Below, one piece after another: positions 13,401 to 27,900 of a stretch of 64,000 nt of DNA. The notes beneath the pieces were generated by a model, which did not search any database, was not told where the DNA came from, and saw only the letters and a list, made by a program, of their open reading frames with translations. How positions within the stretch are numbered: position 1 is the first letter of the stretch; every line of letters begins with the position of its first letter. Position numbers and translations under genes: made by a program. The stretch is from Auanema rhodensis (taxonomy: Eukaryota > Animalia > Nematoda), in the NCBI GenBank assembly GCA_964057225.1, contig OZ059897.1:7316001-7380000 (forward strand), given 5' to 3'.

Positions 13401-16106
13401 TTGGTAAAAGTTACTTTTTTTATATAAAACTTCAATCAAATAGCATAATAATATGGAAAGCAAGCCGTTTTGTGCGATACAAAAACTCTAAAGAGTATAG
13501 ATTCGACGAAAAGTTTGAAAATGGCTTGGGCAAAAGGAAGAACATGGAGGCGGCTGAAAATAGTGACAATTGACATAAACGACGTCTTCTCACAATTGTT
13601 GCAATATAAAACATCGTCAATTGACAGAAAATAAATATACTTATTCAGTGTATGAAATAGTTGACACAGAACTGAGACCGGAAAGGTTAAGTAGGATAAT
13701 AAGCATTCTTAGCTCATTTTACGCAAACAGTTTTGAATGAGCATTACTCAATGAAACTATTCTGGTTTCGAAAACATGAATATTGAGCACAATGCTAGAA
13801 CAAGGAATATTCTTATTTTATAGTACAACACATAATGAAATAAAAAATAATGCCCTCGAGAAAAGGAGAGGGAACATTGTTAGATGACAGAGTTGAAGAA
13901 CTTTTTCAAGAGTTGGGGTAGCAATGAAGAAACATTGAAAACCCAGAGGACAAGAGAACGATTGAACAAAAAAAATGACGAAAGAACGTCTGGATAGCAA
14001 GTAAGCAGGATAAAACCAAAAAGTTTCAACGAATGTTAAAAGGAAATATGCTAGGAAAGGACCGGAAATGCAGAAAGTCAATATGATGAAAGCAAAAAAT
14101 ATGACGAGGAAGACGTCAAAAAAGTAAAAACTTCAGGAAATAATAATAATCAGTACGATAATCAAATATGCCATGAAGATGCTGGTGCAGACATGGAAGA
14201 GACGTACGGATAAACCAGTTCATATCATTTTCAGATAAAGAATGATAACTAACTATACGTGACTATATCACATCACGTACGTGGATTCTGGCTTTACTTG
14301 TAAGTCCGTTCGCTTTTGTTGTAATAAGCTAAAAACGATAAAAATAAAGCGAATGTAGATGGAATGTCTAAGCTTTGAAATGAAAGAAAAAAGAAGAAAA
14401 TGCTTTAGCTGTTTTTTGGGTGAAAACATAGCGCGTCCAGTCATTCTTTCCATCTATTCTTCTAGATCACTTCGTTTTTTGTGCCTATTAATCGACTAGA
14501 ACGGAATATAAAATAAAAAGAAGAAACATTCTTCTCAGATAAACTGAAAATCAAATTAATAGTAACCATATAGCAATATTCATATTCACATCAACTAACT
14601 ATATGGCCATATTATCAAGATATAATTCAAACATACGTCCTTTTGATGAAGACATGACTTCAAATGAAATGCTATTAACGAGGTTCATATGACCTTCAAA
14701 AATTATTCAAATGGAAAATGGATATGATGGTGTTGATGATGATGAGTTTATAGACAGATTTACTGCTAAAGATAGTCCTCTCTGTGTCAACTATGTAACT
14801 CATTCAATTCAGTTCAATTTTTTTATTTTCAAGAAATTTAGTTTATATAGCTATTTAGAAATTGAAACCAAGATCACAGAACATTTAGTTTGAAGAGTAC
14901 TGCGCCAATATACGAACAATTGATGTGGCCATGGTTTTTTTTTAATAAAAAAATACATTTTTGTATTCAATTACTAAGACTCAGCTGATCAGAATGTTTT
15001 AGAAACATTTTGAACAGAGGATGAAGAACATGACGATGATCATGATCATGATAAGGAGAAGAAGAAGAAGAAGATGATGATGATGAAGGAAAGGAGGAAC
15101 AAGATACGACGTATGTACGAAGAGTAACAATACGTTTGTATTTGATATTTTTAGAAAATATTTTAAAAATAATTTGTAAATGAATAAAACAGTGTGTGGA
15201 ATAGTCAAAAACGAGGGAGATTATGAGAAAACAAAGCAGTATCCTCCCGATCAACGGTCATTATATCTTTGAAATATTGTTGTTACAATGGGTTGAAGAT
15301 CAACATACTATTATATTATATATAAATAACAAGTTTAAAGTACATATTAAATTCAAAAAAAAAATCAAAATAACTGTCGATCTGTAGTTATTACCGTTGT
15401 TGGAAGGAAAATGTAATTTAAACACGGATGATTCTACTATTAAATATAAAAATCTTAATCAAACTATGACAGAATAGATGGTAAATAGCAGATATATCGC
15501 AACAACATGAAAACATTTTTTATTGGTTTGAGAACTTTGCTGCTATATGCTGTCTAGATAAGAGTTGCAACCAGCTCTGATTCGTAGAGCTGGAGGCAGA
15601 TGGAAAGAAGAAAAAGAACAAGAAGAACAAGAAGAAGAAAAACAAAACGAGAAACATGAAAGTATTCCATTTAAAACCTGAGTAAAACTTTGATAGTCTC
15701 TGGGGACTAGCGAACCTAAGTGTTCCAAGCAATTCAGCAGAACAAACTAAACAGACTTTAAGAAGACAAAGGATGATACGAAACATATTTTCGTTGTTCG
15801 AAAAATTCGTCAAAGAATTAAAGCTGAATAAGTTTTCTGGCTTGCGAACATTAATTTCTCTTATAAGCAATAAGACACTGAAAAGCGACGACGACGACGA
15901 CGACGATGTTGATGAAGAAGGAAGAACAGAGAGTAACTGATATAGAGTTGTCTGTTCAATCAGAAGCGGAAACAGGTTTAGAAAACGTTCGCTCGTTGAA
16001 AATGCCACAAGCACCAAAACCTCGAGAAAAAAAAGGTGGAAAATTCTTTAAAAAATCGGCCATAAAGTATGTATGGTTATCAATAACAAACTTTGAAACA
16101 ATACAT

Positions 16107-16679
16107 TGACCTCATGCTGATGAGAAGTTGTAGAAATAGGCTGCATGCACATAGATGATACAAGATGGGCATAGGACAGTGTCCTTCGATGAAAAACAAA
16201 TGAATTGAGATAGCAAAAACTATCTTTCAGCCTTATGGAGTTGTGGATTTGACCTCGGGACAAGGCGGCAGGGACAATTGACAATGATTTCAACAATCTA
16301 TTTCTCTCAGCCTCTGGTGGTGGTCGTGGATACTGGACAGAAGTGAACTGAGTAAATAGGAAAAAGCCGATACGATTGACCTCAAACACGAGCCACTGCG
16401 ATGAAATGTGGAACTTGGATTGAAGTGTAATTCTCAAGTTTCCAAATGGCAGCACACACTGACCGCAGTCCATTAGCATGAGAAGAAAGACGGGAGGAAC
16501 GAGATATGCGTACGGCAGTACGGAGGATGACAGAGATAAGCCATAATAGAAATTTGACCATTTCCGGTCAAACAGCAGCAATGCATCAGGAGAACAGACG
16601 GAAGTAATGTTTTCAATCGGACATGAATGACAAGAGATGGAAAGAAGAAGCCGTCTGGTTATCGCCATTTGATGACCTC
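16107..16679. promoter_or_regulatory. Cluster of four same-orientation TGACCTC (GAGGTCA) nuclear-receptor half-sites; candidate enhancer
   Basis: TGACCTC at 16107, 16250, 16377 and 16673 in a GC-richer island. AGGTCA is the canonical nuclear-receptor half-site. Confidence 0.4.
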
Positions 16680-18318
16680 GAGACGGTTTTGTATATGGTT
16701 GAGGAAGGAGAAAAGGAAAATGAAAATTAACTAAGAAGATCGTTCAGAAAGACAAGAAAGAGATAGCTGTAGAGATAGGGTAAATGAAAGAGAGAGAGAG
16801 AAAGTAGAAGAAGCCAATGTATAGTGAGACAGATGCAAATCCTATCTAAGCTTCGTGCTCTCGTCTATATAAGGCATATAGTGATGTCAGTTGGAAGAGA
16901 GGAAGTAGACAAGATGTCTGTTGGATGAGTACTCAGGGGGGGGGGGTAGGAAGAGAAGAAGAACTAAAAGATGGCAGTTCGAAATAAGGAGATAAAGAGA
17001 GAGAACACATAACTATGAGAGTAAAAGGAATAAAGAGAGAACAAAAAGAATAAGCTGGGTACTGAGAGAGGGTGGGGAAAGAGTCAGAGCCTAGAGGTTT
17101 TCTCGCATCATATAATGGAGTAGCAAACAATAAAATGAGAAAAATCAATGAACACTCTTTAGCTTCTTCCTTTTCATTGTCAGCGGCATCTTCTGATCCC
17201 AAGGATGCGCAGACAGAATTGGAAAAATTGAGATGGCCAAAAGAGAGCTACAAGTGTCAGCAATATTTTGATGGGTGGCTTTCGGAAAAAGGAAGAAATG
17301 AGTTGCGGAAAGCGAGTGAAAAAAAGTATCAAATAACCCTTGTGAAGACCCACAGTTAAAGAATATAGTGTGAGAATTTCATGAAGAAAATGAAGAAAAG
17401 AAGGAAGAGAAAGAGTGGAAGAATCAGAAAGAGGTCGCGCAGACTGTGGGACCGTCGCCGTTGTTGCGCCAGCATTTCTTTTATCTTCTTCAAAGCAGCA
17501 CTTGAAGGAATTGCAACATATAGAACGCCGGCATTCTGATTGGCAAACAGCTTCAGTATTGAATAAGCTTCGGAAAATATATTCATAAACTGTTCGTTTT
17601 GCAATTGAGGCTGTTCAGGACCTGATCCCGCGAACAATCTCATTCAGCTTAGGCTCGCAACATCGGCTAGCAAAATGGACTGGAAAAGCAGCGGCTATAT
17701 CGTACACATACACACACACACACAGACAACCACATCAACGAACCAAAACAACACGGAACAGGGAAGTAAGATGAATGTAAAGGTGAACATGCACACATGT
17801 ATATCTAAGCTATATATTATACATTGTTGACCAGAAAATGTAGTAAAATACAGCAGATAAAGGTCATTTCGAGGAAATATTCCGGTTGGTTAAAGCTGTA
17901 GCCACAGCTATTCTCTATCTAGAAATTATTATAATCTGGAGCAATGCCGAGAGCTGTTTCGTTATTTTCTTTGGAAGGCCACAAAAAAAATTTGAAGAGA
18001 CAAATCAATTATAATCAACTATACATGTATAACAAAAGTATTTTTATAAATGTCTTATATCACATGATGCTTTGATTTTGATTAGATTATATAGATATAG
18101 AGAGAAAGGAATATAATAAGGGAAATGTCTTTAGAAATATGTTATATGACGTTGAACTCTTTGGGGTTGAGCATCGGCTTATCTAACTCTGCAGTGAAAA
18201 CCACATAATAGAGAGACTTACTGATATGCGAATAAAGAAGAACAAGCTAGAAATCAAGGAGCCAACGAAAAACGACGGAAATAAAACAAAAAAAAAAATA
18301 AAAATAAAAAAAAATATT

Positions 18319-19646
18319 TTAGGAATGGAAACGAATAATCGTCATGACGCCAGCCTTGATGGCGAAATTGATTGCATCTTTTTCGAACGTAGTTGGACCG
18401 CAGACAGCAACCTAAAACAGAAAAAGCGTTGACATGAATATCGGACATTATATCGAACTGTTGAATGAGTGAAAAGGAAAAAAATGCCTTTAGGATTGAT
18501 TTTGAGGTATAGAACAGACTTAGTGACATGGAAAATGACTGTGAAAAGGGACAAAAGTGACCACCGCTGTATCGTCGTCACGGTGAGAATAGGAGTGATG
18601 TGAATAGGATAACAGACAACGTTTGAAAAGTTGCTGAGGGAGAAAAAGAGAGGAGACAGAGATACAAGAGGAATATGCTGATATAGAATAGAGAATGGTA
18701 AAGGTAGAAACAGCTATAGAAAAATGTAAAAAAGTATTCAAAGTGAGTGAGAGAAGAGAACATGACAGTGAAAGAGAGAAAAGTGAATAAGTGCGGGCGG
18801 GATGCATAGATGATTCAAAATCCTACTCATGTTATTTCAAAAAAAAAAAAAGAAAAAAGAAAAAAAGTTTCGAATGAAGACACAGCAAAATACACACAAA
18901 CACAGTTTGTTGTGTTTGTTTCAGAATGCGCTTGGCTTGGCTGTACATGAATCATGATGTAGCAGGAAGGGAGTAGAAATTAGAATATTATTGGATGTTT
19001 AGATGATTTCACGTGAACTTGAAAAAGACGCAAATCTTATCATTTTATAGACGTTATAAACGGTAGATTCCTCATAAAAATCTGATTGAAATGGGAAAAA
19101 AAAACGAAAGATAAAATATTTTTTCGGAAACGAAAGAAGAGCAATTAATCATATAGATAAAGAGCAAAATTTCAATGACGATTCTGAAGAAGATGTATGC
19201 ATGCAAGAAGAGGAAAAAGACAGAATGAGCAAGTAAAAAAAAAAAAAAACATTGCAAATGCGTTCAGCTGATGAAATATTTACCGTATTTGTAAGAGACA
19301 GTGTGTGTCATCACTTATAAGTCAGAGATTGAGTGTTGTCGTCAGCTGTTCGAAAAAATGTTAAATGGTTCAGAAAATGCGTTGAAAGAGCGGAACAATG
19401 AAGACGATAACCACAGCTGGACGTACTTAGTCCCGTAACGGAGGCAGAAGGATGACGGAAAAGCTTTCAGCTGCTTTCAACCTCTTTGTCATCGATAAAT
19501 AGATGGATAATAGAGGAGGAAAGAAAATAGAAGAAATGGAGAGGAGTAAGAAAATAAAAAGAAAAATGGCAGACTATGAATACGTAATAGGTTTAACTTG
19601 GGCAAAAAAATGAAATGAAAAGGTCACGATTACCAATGTCAGTATT

Positions 19647-19694
<48 letters not shown>

Positions 19695-21001
19695 ATATTA
19701 AATCATAATGCTATAATCTGATAGTAGAATGAAGAAATAGTAACATGGTCTAGACTCATATGCTACGTGTGCGTACGAGAGTTGTCTCATACTTATTTCA
19801 CTAATTTCGGTGCCGAAAGACCGCCCTCATCGAAATTCTTCGTGTTGCGACCTTTGTGGATGGGAGCGGAGTAGGGTGGGAGAAGGAATGAAGGATAGGG
19901 TGCAAAGGCAAAAAACTAAATATTTGCCATTGAAACGGACGTTTTCTTTCTTGATGTCTATCATGTTTCCCCATTTTGTAATCGTTAAACGGGGAATTTT
20001 TCTACTTACAAGCTCAGTTCACTACAGGTTTACACGGACTACGTCAGCGGAAAAAATAATGTACAGGAAGGTGAGAGAAAATTCGAGAAATTGCTGAAAA
20101 AAAAAAGACAGAGCATTTGCTTCTTAAATACGTGAAACTAGAGAACCTCGGAACTCCGGTTGGTATTAACGTTAACGGCAGGTGTATTCATAAATATTCC
20201 ACTGTAGACGACAACGCCATCCGCTGTCTGATGGTATACACAGGTAGAAGGAAAGAGAAGATGAGACCGATTTTACAGATAAGCACAGCAATTCATAGAA
20301 AAAAGCTTTTTATAGCTCGTTGGAAAAGCAAACAGTTGTAGAATTACAACTTCAGCTTGTGAATCTGTGAAATGAGGAAAAGGGAAAGAGAGAGAGAGGT
20401 AGAGAGAAAGAGGGAGGAAGAGAGAGGGAGCAGTTGAGGAGCATGCAACCAATGTGCTACATGGCTTAAAAAATAAAAAAAATAAATTTAAAATGAAAAC
20501 AGGTGACAACTTAATAGATGGGCAATGCAAAAAAAATAATTTTATAGCGAAAATTCGAAACATAAGAGCAGGAAGCGAATGAGAGAGAGAGAGGGAGAAA
20601 GGGAGAGAGCAAGGAAAACATCAACCGTTCTTATGCGTGCATATATGCGAAATGGAAAGAGATACATGTACTCCACGTGTACCTCACGTAAGAAGCCAGC
20701 GTCTGCGTGATATGCAAATATTAAGAAATGTTATTCAAGATCACATCTTGAATTCCGAAAATGTGAACAGAATTTCTTTTCTTTTATAAAAAAAAGAGCA
20801 AAACGGTTCAATAAATTTTTCCATAATATTTCAGCTTTTCCGTTATTCAACTTTGTATATGAACAACAAATTAGACTAGTCAAGCTAAAACGCGTATAAG
20901 CGTATAGAGAAAAAGATTGAGGTAGTCGAGAAAATTACTTAAAGATAGACAAAGATAGATAGAGAGATAGAGAGAAAGAAAAAAAGAGAGAAAGAGAGAG
21001 A

Positions 21002-21038
<37 letters not shown>

Positions 21039-21231
21039 GGAGGGAACAGATGAATGTACAGTGAGAAAATACGTCCATTAAGCTTACACAACCAGGTGAC
21101 CTGAATATCTAATTTGTGAAAAGATGATTATTCTAATAAACGTAATTCTGTTCACATGGATGTATGACTGATCGCTCTGTTGACTATAATGGTAAGAATA
21201 TGCTGGACACAACTGGAGATGTATATAGAAG

Positions 21232-21317
<86 letters not shown>

Positions 21318-24300
21318 TTATGCTTTCGATTGGGTCAGATTTAAAGCATTGATTAAGCTTAATCATAGCTTATACACTTAGCAATATTCTTACATTTCTC
21401 ATGGAAACTTATGTGCTTTGCACACGATTTATATATGCTTACTAGTTATTATAAGCTTATTATTTTTAACTAAACCCTAACAACATTCGTAATATATATA
21501 TATTATCTTTATACTATACGTAGTTTGAATAGCAATTTCCTATACATACATATACACATATAGTACTATTTTGAAATAATTCTATTTTAGTAAAACTGAC
21601 AGTCAAAATTTGCAAATAAATACAGGTTAGCGATGAGAAAAGACGATGGAATCTTTTTTGCCGTAAAAATATGTGAAAATCTAGAATTTGATGTAATTCA
21701 GCTCACATGTAACAGATGTATTTCAAAACTTGAAACAGAGAAAATACGGAGAATAAGCAAACATATTCTATTCAAATGATGAACTTAACAATCAGATGAA
21801 CAATCAAAGTGTATGAAAGATGGAAGAACTTTTCCGATATTCACAATCTTCCTGTTCATCATCTTTATCATCATCGTTGTCGTCGTCGTCGTCGTCGTCA
21901 TGTAAGCAGAGAACGTGTGCAGTGTGTAGTGTATGTATGAATGTGCCGACAAAAGATTAAAGCAAAAAAAGAGAAAAAATGTTTGAAAAAGGGGAATACA
22001 AGAGAAAGAAGAGTCTAATTGTTTTCTAAGAACTGAAGCAAAAAATAAATGCGTACGAAGAATGTACGAGGAAAAAAAAGCTCAAAATCTAAGACGATGT
22101 CAGTCCAACGATTCAGCGTGCGTGAAGAGATGCTATCTCGTCTCAAGTTCATGACGTTCGATTGAATTAAGCCAATTATAAATTTGTGACAACATAACCA
22201 GATGCTCTGAAGCATAATGAGCACAAGTTTCACAAAAACATTCTCTCAAATAAAGAATTTCCCAAAACGCTTCAACTCCTGACTCTAGCATCATGTTTGA
22301 GGAAAAGATTACGGGAATTTATCATTACGTAAGAAGAGCTTGGTGTCAAATGCTACAGTTCCTAAGAGGAAATGAAGAAAGAAAAAAAGATTTTTACAAA
22401 GATCTAGCTGAGTGCTGAGCAAATGGGCAGAAAGAGTTTATAGGAAATGAAAGAAAAAGGGAAAAAAATGAAACGACGATCACTGTAATGATCAAAGAAA
22501 AATTTTCTTCACAATCTGCTGTATGATTATTCTGCTTCAGGTGATTTTTGAGTGAATTAGCAATGAATTTAATATAATTATAGTAAATGATTAAAGTATA
22601 GAATATGAAAAAAAAAGATAAAAAAGAATCTTCAAACAGAAAATAAAATAAAATAAATTATATATTATACTTTTTTCTTTCTTTTTTTTTCTTGGTACTA
22701 TAGTTATTCTTAGAAAATAATTATTTTAAATTATGATAAAACAATAGAATATAAAAAAAATCTGAGATTATAGTATGAAAAGCTACAATGAAGATGAAAG
22801 AAAAGAAGACAAAGAATATAAAAATTATCGAATGAGGTCGAGGAGGACTCGCATACACTGAATGATGACGATGGAAGACAAAAAAAAAGATGAAAATCAA
22901 GCTGCTACACATATCGTCATACAAATGACCATCTAGGTTAGAACGATAGGCGTAAAATGGTCTGTTCTGAAGGGAAGCACACGATGAAAGAAACGAATAA
23001 CAAAAAGAGAAACTGAATCCGTTGACAAGGAAGAAGGAAGAGAAAGAGATGAACGAAGTTGTAGGGAGAGAGGTGAGAAGAAGAACAGTAAGGGACAGAC
23101 AGAGGTTAAATTAAAGACACATCAGGTTCAGCTACGGTCATTTTATGGACGACGTAACTATTTGGACTCGTGTAAGTCCTTTTATGTACAGCGAAAAACG
23201 AAGTTTTTTCTTCTTTTCATCTTGTCTTAGTCTCATTTTCAGGGAGCTGCGGTAGAATGTACTCAGTGGTAGTAGTTGAACAAAGTTGAAAATAGATGAT
23301 AAAATAGGAGAGTTTTAGTTAAAAACTACTGGCAAAACTGAGAAAAGAAAGATAGATGAAGAGAGAGGGAGAGAAAGACAGGGAGAAAGACAGGGAGAGA
23401 GAGAAAAAGAGAAAACAAAAGCTGAAGTAACGATAGTAAACGTACAAGAGCATAAATCAGAGAAAAGAAGGGAACATGACCATCACTAGAGATGTGGAGT
23501 AGTTTCCTTCATCATGATGAAGTATTAAGATGCAAATTGAACAAACTATAACAAGAACCATACAAGGAAAGATCACGCGGTCCACAACGTCATGGCGACC
23601 TTTGCGATAGACCCTCCCATTGCTTGTTATATCCTAATGGTAAAAAGAAAATATATAAGGAAGGAAAGAGATAGATCAGTAAGTTGCTGGACAATGCTTC
23701 AAGTCATAGATCTTCGTTCCGAGAGACGTTTCTCGAAATCTTTACATACTGAAGTAAGGGAGATGAAGAATTGCTTGATATTATTGCTGTGCAGACTCAT
23801 TCTTGATGATTCATCTCAAAAATATTTTAAATTTTATCCTGCTGATACATGATTAGAGGATAGCAAACGAGGTAAGGATGTAAAAGAATAAAGAGAGAAA
23901 GAGAAGGGAGGGGAGAGAAATGACCGATTTATTTAGAGAATAGGATTCTGAAGAGAGGAAAGGAGGAAAGTGTTCTAGACTGAATAAGACAAGACATTTA
24001 CTTGCCGTTCTATTGGGCTTCATCAATCAACCAGGAAACGGTACTGATGGCTACCGGAAAAGAGATTCAAGGAGCAAGATGCAAGACGTTATAAAGAAAG
24101 AGAAAGATAGCAAATTGAAGAGATAAATTCTAACCGCAAGATGACTAATGGGCTTTCACGCTTAGCAGGTGAATGAACACGAACATCATCATTATCATCT
24201 GTTTCACCAGGAAAACTAGCAAACGACTAGCTGATTTCAAAATGAAACAGAAGAAAGAGAAAATAGGAACATATATGAACATAGCTGCCATAGAAACAGC

Positions 24301-24869
24301 TTCAGAACTGAATTTTTCTGTTGAAAAAACATCCAAACAGAGATAATAGATATTTAAGTTTTCTGCTCGTACTGGTTTCCAAGGTAACGTGACTTGCGAA
24401 ATAATAATATTGAGATGGGAGAAAGAGAGAGAGAAAAAGACAGAAAGAGCGACAAACTAAACGTCTTTTATTCTATTTTAGAAAAAGACAGAACGTTTAT
24501 AACTCTTTAGAAGAGTTAGCTACTTGAGAGAGAAATGTATACACATTTAGAGAGGAAGAGAGAGAAAACCTTTTGAAGTGATGCCAAAGTATAGGATAAC
24601 TTAAAAAGAATACGAATAGAGAGAAAAATATATTCTCTTAGCTAACTGGGCTCAAAACAGAAATTCGTCAAAGAAAAAATGCTTAGTTCCGAGATTTACT
24701 AACTACTTATACAACTAGATGAAGGCGTTATACGTAACTATTCAGAAGTAGAAGGTGGAGGAGTTATCGTGAAAAGTAAATGGACGAGTCTTTCTTTCAT
24801 TATATGGTACACATAGTTGAAGATTGAAAAGTGTTAGTATTAGTAGTAGTAAGGGAAGACAAAAACGGT

Positions 24870-24945
<76 letters not shown>

Positions 24946-27900
24946 AAAGAGAGAGAAAAAATACAAGAAACGAGATTTGTGTATAAAAAGAGGAAAGTCG
25001 AGATGGAAGAGGAAGAAATGAGGAGAAGTAAGAGGAGGAGGAAAAGATTGAATCGACCCACATATTCGGGTTTATGATGAGTCATACCGGAATAACGCAA
25101 AGTACTCATGGAGATACAACGGCCATTGAGTAAGTACAAAACTATTTGAGAAAACTTATACGATGTATCATATATATATATATATATGTGATAAAGAATG
25201 GAGAAAAGAAGTTAAAAACAGAAAATGGCAATACAACAACATGTGATAGGAAGAAAGTGGAGTTGGAAAATGACAAATATTCAATATATAAATGTGAATG
25301 AGAGACAAAATTGAAAATATGGGGGAAACATAGCTATACCATATAGTCGACAAATTATTTCTTAGTTTGAAATCTATTCATTATGATCTTTTAAGCAAAA
25401 GAAGCAAGTGATATAACAGCAATATGAGAAAAGGTTGGGTAGGGGGGGGGTGGTTGAAGAGTGTGGAGGAGTGTTGATTGTGTATGAAAACTATACTGAG
25501 TCAGTCAAAGTTTTTTTAATGTTTAATGCTGCGTACACATATAATTCTATTTTTCTTCTTTAATAGAGTAGTCGTGTAGTGGCTCCATGTTGTCAATATC
25601 ACATTCGCATCATCATCATCATCACCATCCCCATCATCATCATCATCACCATCACCATCCCCATCATTATCAGTATGTTGATGGTAATATTTCAATTCAT
25701 ATGAGTTTAACAGAATAGACAGCACGATGGTAGACAACAGCAATGGTAGCAGGAGACACAAAGCGAAGAGAAAGGTTTTTCAAATCCAAAAATAGAGTAA
25801 TTATGAAAGACAATGTAAACGGAACGGAAAGATAGGGGAGAGGGGGGGGGGGTTCTAATTGGAAATTGAGTGGAAAATAGAATATGATGTCGTTGACAGA
25901 CTATGTGGATAACTTCAGCATTACACCGAAATGTTGTCACAACAAAGCTCAGCACTGCTAATCCTTCGTCGTCTGGCGTTTCAAGGATTTCAGCTGTATT
26001 ATGCTGGTGCAGCTAGTTTTTAGCGGCTAGCAAGAGGAAGAAGAAGAAAAATCAAAAAGAAAATCAAAGAAGATAAGTAAGAAGCATGAACAGATGTTGA
26101 GAGTGCGAGCAACAAACCTGTAGAGGACGTGAAAGAGGTGGGGAGTAGAGAAATGTGAAGTTGGGGTAGAGAGGTGGAGCTTGCTTAAAGCCCAGCACTA
26201 TAGATAATGAGCCAATGAGAGGATGAGAAAACAGGTAAAAGAAAGAGACAACGAATAAAATATGACTGAAACTCAAAAAAAATAATATTTTGAAATCGTT
26301 CAAAGCAGAGGGAGGGATGGCTGGCAGGAGAGAGGCAGGAAGCGATGGAGACAAGGAAGAAGCAAGCATTGGAAACATTATCGAAGTCTGCACACATGAT
26401 AGTTCAACAAGTTGTGTGTATGTGTGTGTATGTTATATGTCACCAATCAGCAATTATTGACTAAAGGTGTATTTCATTTCAAAAAAAAAGTGAAAAAGAG
26501 ACATAGGAGCATGGAAGAAACAAAAAATAAAATTCGTCAATTTATCAGTTCAGGTTTTTCAGTAATCTCTTTTACTAATTTCTCTAGCTTAATGTCTTAG
26601 GACTGCTCCAATATACCTCATTATAAGCTCTGACAGATGATGTCAAAGCAACAAAAGTGATGATGAACTTGAAAAAAGAAAAAAAAGCTTTTTCTTCCAG
26701 TCATAAGTCAATCGTTTATGGATGAACGGAAGATAAATATGACTCAAATTGAAAAAAAAAGAGAAAAACCATTGATTGATGTAGTATAGCTATCATGAGA
26801 TAGCATACGAATCATCATAACCAAAATGAATCATTGGATAAGGATGTTTAATCAAACTGATTCTAGAATAAACAGTATGACCTACCGTAATATTTTCATC
26901 GGATGTTCGTAGCTGTTTCAAATGCTTTTCCATAATTTCCTGACTTAGACGTCCGGCTTCAAATTTAACCAAATACGGAAGATTCTATAATGATGTTAAG
27001 TTTATAACAGTGAACTGATAGAACAAGAGAGGGGGGGGGATAAAGTGAGAGACAGGGATAGAGACAATTTTTGGTTAGACAATGAGAAAAAGGAAATGAT
27101 AATTGTGGGAAAGTGAAATATTAGATAAATGAAATGTAATAAATCAAAATGTACTATATAATACATGAATAATACAGTTAGATACTTAAATTCAATTAAT
27201 CAATTACATAATTCTATTTATACTTCTATTTAAAAAAAATAATTGTCTAAAGATGATTTTTGAATTCGAAAACTATGGCAGAGGGGTGGGTGAGGATATT
27301 ACGATTGCCAAATCCCTCTCAGAATCTGTTTTCAACACACAAAACGGTGGATTATTCATTCAGAATATGAACTGAAACTTCAAAATATGACGCAGATTAT
27401 TTTTTCTTTTTTGTAAAACTAGAATTAAAGATATGAATGCAACCGCATGCTAGCACTCATGAACAGAAAATGAAATTCACGTTTTTCCGTGGAAAGGAAG
27501 TGCACGCACAACGTGCTAGTCCTGTGCGGAAAGAGTTGGTTGGACGACGCACAGGGAGCTTTTCAGCCTAATCTCAGTAGACTACAGTGAAGTCAAGATC
27601 AAAGTAGGAAGTTAAACTACATATTAGTTCATGAACATATTTTCTGTTTATTTAGAATTGTATATGTAATCGTATTGTAAATGTTTATTTTCGAAAGAAA
27701 AATGCTAGGTTGCTTAATCTCATTAACAGCTTTTCTTTCACAGCCTTTTTTTCTTAAAACTCATTGAAATAGCTTGTAAGTTGCCTTAACGTTATCACCA
27801 CACCTACACTGACTATGTGATTGGTGATTACCTTGTTCAATTCGGTGACAAGGATTGCGAAAATCATAAGAAGCATTTCAGAAAAAAAAGAAACGCAAAT

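Noticed and set aside
16048-16668. 206-codon minus-strand ORF
   Set aside because: No recognisable domain, intron-like composition (S/L/F-rich), and no clear exon structure. Better explained as regulatory DNA.
17647-17655. GCTTAGGCT, 1.5 copies of the nematode telomere repeat (possible telomerase RNA template on the minus strand)
   Set aside because: A 9-mer in any of six registers is expected to occur by chance in 64 kb. I found no supporting pseudoknot or H/ACA structure.
20918-20926. TGAGGTAGT, let-7-like 5' end
   Set aside because: No precursor hairpin; the downstream sequence does not match.
21164-25139. ORFs with poly-ER / poly-SL runs (also at 3474-3809 and 36214-36574)
   Set aside because: Translations of (GA)n microsatellites.
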